A DNA stretch of 64,000 bases from a virus: IMG/VR virus record IMGVR_UViG_3300028786_000006, positions 1 through 64,000 of that record; one strand, given 5' to 3'. Made by a program: the position numbers and the translations under genes. The notes beneath the pieces were generated by a model, which saw only the letters and a program-made list of their open reading frames with translations, had not been told where the DNA came from and did not search any database. Below are positions 56,817-64,000 of the stretch, piece by piece. Position 1 is the stretch's first letter. Each line of letters opens with the position of its first letter.

Positions 56817-58325
56817 CTATTGGGCTTCGAAACGCCGTTTGGTCGTCTCATGCCCCTCTGCCTCATAGAACTCAGTGCGCTTGAGTGCATGCCTGACCGC
56901 GTAGTTGTTGCGGCCGGCGGTCCTCAAATCATCCACCAGGTCGTACAGGTTGGAGTAGTCCTTCGACTTGTGAAGACGCAGCACCCGCCCGATGGACTGG
57001 AGCACCCTCACGATCGATTTGGACGGGTGACAGAACACGATGTTGCGCAACCGCTTGATGCTGATGCCCGTGCTCACGCACCCATATGTCCCCAAGATGA
57101 TCACGCCATCCTCGGCTTCGGCTAACGCCTTGATCATATCCCGCTCACCAGTCTTGACGTCGCCGTGAATTACCTTGACGTCGAGCCCGGCTTCCTTCAT
57201 CAGCCCTTCCAGCAAGAGCAAGTGGCTATCCACGCGCTCGAACAGGAACAGGCTGTTCCCCTTCAAGGATCTCGCCAGATTGACGATGACCTTGTTCCGC
57301 CACTGATGTTCGAACAGGAATTCAACCTCCTGCTGGAACGACAGCGCTTCCCCGTCTTTCCCACCCCCGTTCACGTGTAACCGGTCGGCTATGTTGTATG
57401 ACAGCAACAGCTGACGCACATAGACCTTGGTCGCCCGGCCGCTATCGATCAACTCTTTGGTGGTGACCACCCGTTGCGCCGGCCCGAAGCACGCCTGTAC
57501 TGCAATCGGGTGCAGCTCGTTGTCCTTCAGCGTACCGGTCAGGCCGATGCGGATGAAAGCGTTCGTGCTGTAGTTGCAGATGTTGGTGAGCTTCTTGGCG
57601 GACGCGCCGTGGCATTCATCGACCAGCAGTACAGCCATCTGCTCGAAGAAATCGCGATCCATGTCCTGGATGGCTTGCCATGTGGAGATAAAGATGGGCT
57701 TCGGAGAGGCCTTCGTTGCGCCGTCCACGATACCATGTACCTTGGCAGCAGCGTTCCAGCCATTCCTCTTCGAGTAGTCCGAGAAGTCCTTCGAGAGCTG
57801 GTTCACGAGCTGGGCCGTCGGCACCACCACGATCTTCTTCATCTCAGGATACAGCTCGTCATAGAAGCGGTTGATCAGGTAGATGATCAGCGACTTGCCC
57901 GCGCTTGTGGCGGCCAGCAGCGTCAGCTTCTGATACTTGACAGTCAGGAACAGGGACTCGACCTGGTAGTCATATGGCGATATGGATTCGCCGTCTTCGT
58001 CGCTGATGTCCAACGAGTCGACCCAGGCCTGAATCTCTGCCCGGGTGATCTTGTTGATCAGGTTCTTCTGGAGCCCAGGGTCTACCGTGTAGGTGTACTT
58101 GGATTCCTTCAGCCACCTGAGCAGGATGAACAACAGCCCGGCCTGCATCTTGCCGGTCTTCTTGTCGTACATGCGCACAGTCCCATCCCACTTGTTCCAC
58201 TTGGTGGGCACATGGGTCGGGTCCAGGTACTTGAACGACTGATAGATGTCCTCGATGCAGCTGTCATCTTCGGCGGTTACCTTGATGAAGCTCTCATTCA
58301 GCGAGGTGATATGGAACTGGCCCAT
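56817..58325 (-). CDS. uvsW: DNA helicase UvsW
   Basis: WDG..R.Y, ATSAGKS, DECH, GLTGT, QSIGRVLR. Confidence 0.95.
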   Translation of the reverse strand: MGQFHITSLNESFIKVTAEDDSCIEDIYQSFKYLDPTHVPTKWNKWDGTVRMYDKKTGKMQAGLLFILLRWLKESKYTYTVDPGLQKNLINKITRAEIQAWVDSLDISDEDGESISPYDYQVESLFLTVKYQKLTLLAATSAGKSLIIYLINRFYDELYPEMKKIVVVPTAQLVNQLSKDFSDYSKRNGWNAAAKVHGIVDGATKASPKPIFISTWQAIQDMDRDFFEQMAVLLVDECHGASAKKLTNICNYSTNAFIRIGLTGTLKDNELHPIAVQACFGPAQRVVTTKELIDSGRATKVYVRQLLLSYNIADRLHVNGGGKDGEALSFQQEVEFLFEHQWRNKVIVNLARSLKGNSLFLFERVDSHLLLLEGLMKEAGLDVKVIHGDVKTGERDMIKALAEAEDGVIILGTYGCVSTGISIKRLRNIVFCHPSKSIVRVLQSIGRVLRLHKSKDYSNLYDLVDDLRTAGRNNYAVRHALKRTEFYEAEGHETTKRRFEAQ

Positions 58326-58357
58326 AGCGGCTTTCCGTTAGACTTCAATATTCTAAC

Positions 58358-59065
58358 TTAGGCCGCCTCTTCGAGCTGCTTTCTGAACTGTTTGACGCGT
58401 GCTGCCAACTTGGGCAACAGCTCTTTCCTGCGGAATTCAATCACCGAAGCGCGTGGTGATTTCTCAGTGGCGATGATGTTCACCAACCGGTCGATCCGGA
58501 TGCCAAACATCTCTTCGAACATCAGGCTGTAACACAGCAGCTGAAGACCGTAGTCCTCAATGTGTTCCTTACACTTGATTTGGTTCGAAGTCTTGTAGTC
58601 GATGATACACAACTCACCTTTCCAGACTGCTATCAGGTCTACCCGGCCGGCCAAGCGGAGCATTCTACTGAAAAGCGGTATCTCAATGGCGTAGACCTCA
58701 GTCACACTGTTCAAGTATGGCCGGATCTGATTGAAGAGGCTACGGTGTATGCCAGCAGACAACTCGAAGTCGGGAAGATTATTCAAGTAATCCTCGCACG
58801 CCTTGTGTACTGCTTCACCCCGCACTGCGCACCGCTGGGTTTCAGCGGAAGCGGCCTCAGCCCCCAATCTTTCGCGCCACTCATCTAGCCAACCATGGTC
58901 GCTGGTCTTGCCGAGAAAAGTGGTTACACTGTGATACTTGAATCCGTCCGGCGTAGTATACCACCTACCGGCGTCCGTTGTTACACATTCTAGTTCTTGA
59001 AACGCAAGCTCCTTGTGCTTGAACGTTGGTCGCTCAAGCTTCAGTGATCTGAGCGAGAGTGTCAT
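58358..59065 (-). CDS. PD-(D/E)XK exonuclease
   Basis: YHSVTT, RG.AVH, AGRVD, IIDYKTS, QL..Y. Confidence 0.88.
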   Translation of the reverse strand: MTLSLRSLKLERPTFKHKELAFQELECVTTDAGRWYTTPDGFKYHSVTTFLGKTSDHGWLDEWRERLGAEAASAETQRCAVRGEAVHKACEDYLNNLPDFELSAGIHRSLFNQIRPYLNSVTEVYAIEIPLFSRMLRLAGRVDLIAVWKGELCIIDYKTSNQIKCKEHIEDYGLQLLCYSLMFEEMFGIRIDRLVNIIATEKSPRASVIEFRRKELLPKLAARVKQFRKQLEEAA

Positions 59066-59589
59066 CAGCGCGGCCCGGCAACCATGACGACTTTTGCTGA
59101 CTTGACCGAATCACGGTAGAGCAGCACTTCCTGGGCCTGGGCGAAGTATTCCCAGTCATCCATGTCGTCGAGTTGGCTGAACCCTATGATGTCGGTGAGG
59201 TTCGTGGTATCGCAGATCACTTGGTCTAGCGTTGCGTCGAACTCAATGACCAACCCAGCTACGCCTTCCTGGGAGTAGCTCTCTGCCACGGCGCGACTTT
59301 TGGTGGCGTGTAGTGTGACCTGGGAGCCAGACGGCGAGAGGAAGCGCTCGGGGACTTCGTCACCGGCCTTGAGTTGGTAAAACTCTTCAGCCTCCTGCTT
59401 AGTCATGTTGGCTATACTCAACCCACGAAACAGCTTGTAACCATCGCCCTTGGCGGTTTGGGACAAGAATGTTAGGACTTCATCGCTAGGCATCGCGCCG
59501 TTGCGGCTGGCCAAGGTCACAAGGTGGAGGAACGTCACCGCTTGCTGAACCACGTTCTCGCTTTCCAGGAACTGTGTGAATGTTTTCAT
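59065..59589 (-). CDS. putative ADP-ribosyltransferase with capsid-targeting-like N-terminus
   Basis: MKTFTQFLESE; LFRG, HATKS..VA..Y, QEVLL. Confidence 0.55.
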   Translation of the reverse strand: MKTFTQFLESENVVQQAVTFLHLVTLASRNGAMPSDEVLTFLSQTAKGDGYKLFRGLSIANMTKQEAEEFYQLKAGDEVPERFLSPSGSQVTLHATKSRAVAESYSQEGVAGLVIEFDATLDQVICDTTNLTDIIGFSQLDDMDDWEYFAQAQEVLLYRDSVKSAKVVMVAGPR

Positions 59590-59599
59590 GCTTCACCTG

Positions 59600-60094
59600 T
59601 TACGTGCCGGAGGTAAACCGCTTGTAATCGAGAATGGTCTTGACATCGTAGCCACGGGTCTGAAGGCACTTGATGCCATTCTCGATCGCTTTGACACGAT
59701 GCTCAGCTTCGTTGATCAACCGGTTCATGTTGGTGATCATTGGGTCAGCATCGATGTACTTGTCGACGTCGGACTTGATCACAGTTTCTTGCAGGGGATG
59801 CTTGCGATAGAAGTCACTCGGCAGCTTGCCCTGGTAAAACTTCCACCGGTTCAACCGCATCGTCTTCAGGGTGTCCTGGAGGCGCTTCAGCTTCGTACCT
59901 TCGCTGTAGAACAACCGCTGCATCCGCGACATGTTCTTGGGGCCGTTCATCATTGCAATGTCGAGGTTGTCAGTATCAAAACTGGTGTACCTCTCGACTT
60001 CATCAAGCACTTCCTCGGTCCGGTCTTGGGACTCGACGAGCATCTGATTAAAATCGTTCTGTTGGTTGTCAACCGGCGGCGAATCGGTGCTCAC
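59600..60094 (-). CDS. uvsY: recombination mediator UvsY
   Basis: RWKFYQGK, KSDVDKYIDAD, RGYDVKT..DY.RF..G. Confidence 0.85.
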   Translation of the reverse strand: MSTDSPPVDNQQNDFNQMLVESQDRTEEVLDEVERYTSFDTDNLDIAMMNGPKNMSRMQRLFYSEGTKLKRLQDTLKTMRLNRWKFYQGKLPSDFYRKHPLQETVIKSDVDKYIDADPMITNMNRLINEAEHRVKAIENGIKCLQTRGYDVKTILDYKRFTSGT

Positions 60095-60570
60095 TAGCAA
60101 TCCTCACATGGGTCATCTACGAAATCGAAATAGGTGTATTTGATGCTGGCCATCGTGGTCACATCAGGGATTTCGCTGTTGGTGTCAGTGTCTACCTGGG
60201 AAAGACCATAGGCGAACGCATCGTAGAAGACGACGGCCACGCCTTGCGGGTTCTTTTGGTTGTCCAGGAGTTGGACGGTGATGTCTACACGCTTGGCGAC
60301 GCCCTGATCAACGCTTTCGTTGACCCAGTTGTACATCTTGCGGTAGTTGCGGAAGCGGGAGTCAATGAAAAACTCCAGCATCATTTCTTCGTACTCGATG
60401 CGATCACCAGTGTCGGTGACCATGATCTTTCCGGGAGACGGCAATTGTACCGGTGTTGCCATGAAACCGGGGATCGGGCAGGTTCGGAGTTTAAACGTGA
60501 CGTCGTCCATCCCGGGAATGGTTGCGATCCAATTGCCCGAGGCGAAGTTGTTGAGGTTCTGTTGGGTCAT
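60094..60570 (-). CDS. gp3: tail tube terminator gp3 (gp19-like fold)
   Basis: IPG...GDRIEY..M..EFFID..F.NY, F.DAF...LS, KYTYF. Confidence 0.8.
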   Translation of the reverse strand: MTQQNLNNFASGNWIATIPGMDDVTFKLRTCPIPGFMATPVQLPSPGKIMVTDTGDRIEYEEMMLEFFIDSRFRNYRKMYNWVNESVDQGVAKRVDITVQLLDNQKNPQGVAVVFYDAFAYGLSQVDTDTNSEIPDVTTMASIKYTYFDFVDDPCEDC

Positions 60571-60640
60571 GGAGGTGGGTCCAGGATGGGTGATGTTCTA
60601 GTTAGGGTATCCGGTCTTCCTCTCATGTACGCGTACGCGG

Positions 60641-60830
60641 TTGTTTATTATTAATACATTGGACATTTTAATCTTTGAATCATTTACACTCAGGTAATTT
60701 TTAAATGTACAATGTATTAATATATTCATTGGACATTTTAATTTTTGAATCATCAATCCTCCTTTCATTTTGAATGTTTACTTCCTCAGTTATTAATCTA
60801 ACCCTTTGAAAGTATTGATTAACATGATTA
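60641..60830. repeat. AT-rich repeat region, putative replication origin
   Basis: 27-bp direct repeat at 60657 and 60727; 20-bp inverted repeat 60649-60668 / 60703-60722. Confidence 0.6.
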
Positions 60831-61231
60831 ACCCGCGAAGCGGTTGTTTCCAGCACCACAATGGTCGGAGGCCCAGTCTAAATGCCTGTCAGGCTTCCTC
60901 GAATGCCGTCTCAAGGATTTTATGTGACATCTCAAGGGTATGTCGCGCCCATAGTAACAAGGACTCAAGGAGGTGACTATACTCCCTCAATGGGTTTCGC
61001 TGGTCCAACACCTCAAACGCGGTTGCTGTTCCCAAGAACGAGGTCGCGCCAAACCTGGTTCTTGAACCAACAAGTCAAACGCCCCGCTTGCAACCGTCGA
61101 GGAACCGAGTAAACTGCAAATTCCTAGCGAGAACACTGTTAAGCAGCGTCGACCATCTGGTGTAAGGAGTAAGAGCCATGAAGCGTTAATCAGCCTGTCC
61201 CCATCATAACTGCAAACGAGCTATACCCGTG

Positions 61232-61262
61232 AAAAAGCCCTGGCCTTGCGCCGGGGCTTTTT
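61232..61262. terminator. terminator
   Basis: AAAAAGCCCTGGC-CTTGC-GCCGGGGCTTTTT. Confidence 0.75.
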
Positions 61263-61336
61263 CGTTTCCGGTCTTCGAGTTCTCGTGACCATTAAATACC
61301 CCAAACTGGTCTACATCGCCCAGAAAAGGGTATCAC

Positions 61337-62953
61337 ATGACATCAATCAAAGATTTTAACCCGCTGGGGTCCGGTGGAAAGCTGATCAAGGCCGGCCTAT
61401 CCCAGTATGATCAACACGCCAGTCCTGACGAACGCATCAAGGTCAGGAACCAGGAGCTCACCAAGGGCCGGGAACAAGGTGTTCAGTCCATCGACGCCTT
61501 CGGGTTCGGTACGACAGCACTCCCGCTCGGCGTAGTCGATTTCACTGACACCAAAGAACTGATCGGTGAATACCGTTCGATGGTGGTTCAGGAATCTACC
61601 GTGGATTACGCGGTCGACGACGTAGTGAACGAAGCTGTCAGTGTCGACGAAGACGAAGCGCCGATTACACTCGATATGTCGAATGTAGAGGGCATGTCTG
61701 AAGCCGTCAAGAACAAGGTCAAAGATCGCTGGGATCACATCTGCCAACTGCTCGACCTCAATGACAACGTTTATGAACGTTTCAAAGAGTGGTATGTAGA
61801 TGGGCGGGCGGCGTACCACCTTGTGTACGACAATGACAACCCAGGCGTCAAACGCTCACTCTCGAAGATCGAACTTCTGGACCCACGGTTCGTCAAGAAG
61901 ATCATCAAGAACGTGGTCAGCTCGGATCGACTGACTGGCGTCAAGCAGGTCAACGCCACCAAGCAGGTGTATGCGTACAACCCGTCTGAAGAGAACACCA
62001 ACTCTGGTTCATCGTTCTCGCCAATCTACAACTTCTCAGGTCGCACCTTCGCCGAGCTTGACCCGGCCTACGTGGTGTTCTTCCACTCTGGCATCATCAG
62101 CGCTGACGGCTCTCGCATTCTCGGCCCGCTCGAGAAAGCCCGCAAGCCTCTGAACAACCTGAAGATGGTCAAGGACAGCCTGGTGATCTACCGGTTGACC
62201 AACTCCACAGAGAAGCGCGTCTTCTATATCGACTGTGGTGACATGGGTAAGACGGCGGCTGAAGAGCACGTCAAGAAGCTGATGAACCGCTACCGCAACC
62301 GGCTGTCGTATGACCCGGCCACCGGTAAGGTGAAAGGCTCGTCCTCCCGCATGACCATGATCGAAGATTTCTGGATCCCACGGAACTCTGACGGTAAAGG
62401 CACGCAAGTCGACACCCTTCAAGCAGGCCAAAACCTGGGCGAAATGGACGACGTGCTGTACTTCCAGAAAGAACTGTACCGTTCACTGAACATCCCGGTC
62501 TCCCGCCTGAACGAAGAAGGTGGCCTGGTCGGTGGTCGCATCGCCGAGATCACCCGCGACGAATGGAAGTTCTCGAAGTTCATCAACCGCTTGCGCCGCC
62601 GCTTCAGTGCTGGCCTGATGGAAGTCCTGCGTCGTGAAGTCATCGCCCAGCGAATCATGACCGACAAAGAATGGGTCGTCATCGAACCGTTCATCAGCCT
62701 GATCTACGCTTCCGACTCCTACATCCGAGAGCAGCGCGAATCCGAAGCCCTGACTGAAAAGCTGGGTTCCCTGGATGTCGCTGACCGGTACGTCGGGAAA
62801 TACTTCAGCAAAGACTTCGTGCTGCGCAACATCATGCGCTTCAGTGAGCAGGAATGTATCGAACAGAAGGCCATCATCGTCAAAGAGAAGGCGGCCGGTG
62901 AGTATGACCCAATCGTCGAACCCGAAAATGAAGGCGGCGGTTTCCCAAACTAG
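61337..62953 (+). CDS. gp20: portal vertex protein gp20
   Basis: WYVDGR, LVIYR...EKRVFYID, EDFWIPR, QNLGEMDD..YF, EITRDE.KF; TAAATA late motif at 61293. Confidence 0.96.
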   Translation: MTSIKDFNPLGSGGKLIKAGLSQYDQHASPDERIKVRNQELTKGREQGVQSIDAFGFGTTALPLGVVDFTDTKELIGEYRSMVVQESTVDYAVDDVVNEAVSVDEDEAPITLDMSNVEGMSEAVKNKVKDRWDHICQLLDLNDNVYERFKEWYVDGRAAYHLVYDNDNPGVKRSLSKIELLDPRFVKKIIKNVVSSDRLTGVKQVNATKQVYAYNPSEENTNSGSSFSPIYNFSGRTFAELDPAYVVFFHSGIISADGSRILGPLEKARKPLNNLKMVKDSLVIYRLTNSTEKRVFYIDCGDMGKTAAEEHVKKLMNRYRNRLSYDPATGKVKGSSSRMTMIEDFWIPRNSDGKGTQVDTLQAGQNLGEMDDVLYFQKELYRSLNIPVSRLNEEGGLVGGRIAEITRDEWKFSKFINRLRRRFSAGLMEVLRREVIAQRIMTDKEWVVIEPFISLIYASDSYIREQRESEALTEKLGSLDVADRYVGKYFSKDFVLRNIMRFSEQECIEQKAIIVKEKAAGEYDPIVEPENEGGGFPN

Positions 62954-62964
62954 GAGGTTCCTGA

Positions 62965-63414
62965 ATGGAGCTCAAGCTTACCCGGAAGGCCCAGATCGGT
63001 GATGCCACAATCGGCAACCTGACGTCTGACACCGGGATCAAATGTTTCACCCTGGAAGACATCGGCCGCGACAGCAAGGTCCACGGTCAGACGCGCATCC
63101 CGGCCGGCAAGTACGAGGTCAAGTTCCGGGAGGTGATGTCTGGTAAGACCACCAGCTACCGCAAGAAGTATCCGTGGTTCAGTTGGCACCTGGAGCTGCA
63201 AGATGTTCCGGGTTATCAGTACGTCTACATCCACGTGGGTAACACCGCGACGGATACCGAGGGATGCATCCTCGTTGGATCCTCCTGGGATGGCAAGAAG
63301 CCCTTTGTCGGGGCATCTGGCGTTGCCTTCACGGTCTTGTACCAGGCCGCTCGAAAGGCACTAGAGAGCGGCGAAAAGGTGACGATCGAAGTTCGAGATG
63401 AATCTGCTGCATAA
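62965..63414 (+). CDS. DUF5675-family protein
   Basis: TIG.L...CFTLE, IPAGKY, DVPG...IHVGN...DTEGCILVG. Confidence 0.8.
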   Translation: MELKLTRKAQIGDATIGNLTSDTGIKCFTLEDIGRDSKVHGQTRIPAGKYEVKFREVMSGKTTSYRKKYPWFSWHLELQDVPGYQYVYIHVGNTATDTEGCILVGSSWDGKKPFVGASGVAFTVLYQAARKALESGEKVTIEVRDESAA

Positions 63415-63449
63415 GTAACCCATAACACCATTCATTGAGGGTAGATCCC

Positions 63450-63674
63450 ATGAGTCAAGCAGGAAAGATTCTGGAGGCCCTGGCCTCCGGTAACAAAGAC
63501 GAAGCCCTGGCCCTGGCCAAGCTGCACATGACCGAGAGCTCCTCGGAACTGATCGCGGCCGGCACCCAGTACATCCTCCAAACCGCAGTGGACACCTACA
63601 CTGACGGCACTTCCGGTGACCTCAACGAAGAAGAGGAACAGGAAGAAGAGGAGGAAGAAGAGGAAGAGGAGTGA
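63450..63674 (+). CDS. prohead core protein gp67-like (acidic)
   Basis: after portal; poly-Glu C-terminus. Confidence 0.55.
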   Translation: MSQAGKILEALASGNKDEALALAKLHMTESSSELIAAGTQYILQTAVDTYTDGTSGDLNEEEEQEEEEEEEEEE

Positions 63675-63946
63675 TGGAACATTTCCAGACCTTTCTCGAA
63701 GCCTACATCTTCCGTGTTACGGCGGCCGGGCTAAAGACCCGAAAGCTGACCTGCCCCAAGGGCTATCAGCCCAATCAGGACGGGTCTGCCTGTGTACCAA
63801 TCAGTGGTGACCAGAAGATGGTCATGCGAAAGGCTCACATTAAGGGCATCCGCTCCAAGAAGAAAAAGGGCGCCGGCTACATGCGCAAAGTTATCCGCCG
63901 CCAGAAAAAGGCGATGCGGATTCGGACCAAAGTTTTCAACCTCTGA
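63674..63946 (+). CDS. prohead core protein gp68-like (basic)
   Basis: FLEA N-terminus; K/R-rich C-terminus; position. Confidence 0.55.
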   Translation: MEHFQTFLEAYIFRVTAAGLKTRKLTCPKGYQPNQDGSACVPISGDQKMVMRKAHIKGIRSKKKKGAGYMRKVIRRQKKAMRIRTKVFNL

Positions 63947-63955
63947 GGTGTCACC

Positions 63956-64000
63956 ATGATTGGTACATTCGAAGACTTTCTGCTCTGCGAAGCATACCAG
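63956..64000 (+). CDS. 5' fragment, possibly prohead protease gp21
   Basis: GAGGTG SD; MIGTFEDFLLCEAYQ; synteny only. Confidence 0.4.
   Translation, partial: MIGTFEDFLLCEAYQ

Noticed and set aside
60657-60753. CRISPR mini-array (27-bp repeats, 43-bp spacer)
   Set aside because: Only two copies, very AT-rich, the spacer itself contains an inverted copy, and no cas genes; an origin-like reading fits better
60845-61230. Possible group I intron, tmRNA or RNase P RNA (GACTATAC resembles the intron R element)
   Set aside because: No downstream S element in the right order, no interrupted gene, no tRNA-like ends and no RNase P signature
1-64000. tRNA genes and stop-codon reassignment
   Set aside because: No cloverleaf with D/T-loop consensus noticed by eye; core genes are intact in the standard code and use TAA, TAG and TGA stops

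Overview
64 kb from a large lytic T4-superfamily myophage with GC-rich codons. The gene blocks gp4/48/53/27/29, gp2/54, gp32/33/FmdB, gp26/5/25, gp46/47/55/RNase HI, gp3/UvsY/exonuclease/UvsW and gp20/67/68 resemble Ackermannviridae (ViI-like) phages but are rearranged. A Pseudomonas-like host is plausible but only inferred. Core genes recognised from motifs: baseplate/tail/head genes, fused gp39+60 topoisomerase, ATP-dependent ligase, family B polymerase, SSB, NrdAB plus glutaredoxin, RuvC-like resolvase, dCMP deaminase, recombination genes and late sigma factor. Accessory content: an early small-gene cluster, a TelA-vWA-TerC-TerD operon, a SLOG/HD/RyR island, a nucleotidyltransferase and a probably capsid-packaged ADP-ribosyltransferase. 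The most unusual signals are: (1) a ~165-nt AUG-free transcription unit with ACGGA hairpin loops, a candidate RsmY/Z (CsrB)-like protein-sponge sRNA; (2) sigma70-type promoters whose -35 box sits in the loop of an inverted repeat; (3) a 1129-aa gp5 with two non-lysozyme peptidoglycan hydrolases and a fibre-like C-terminus; (4) an AT-rich repeat origin candidate followed by a ~430-nt structured non-coding tract; (5) a gene-32 leader pseudoknot; (6) interlocked TAARTA late promoters. All calls were made by eye; no database searches were run.
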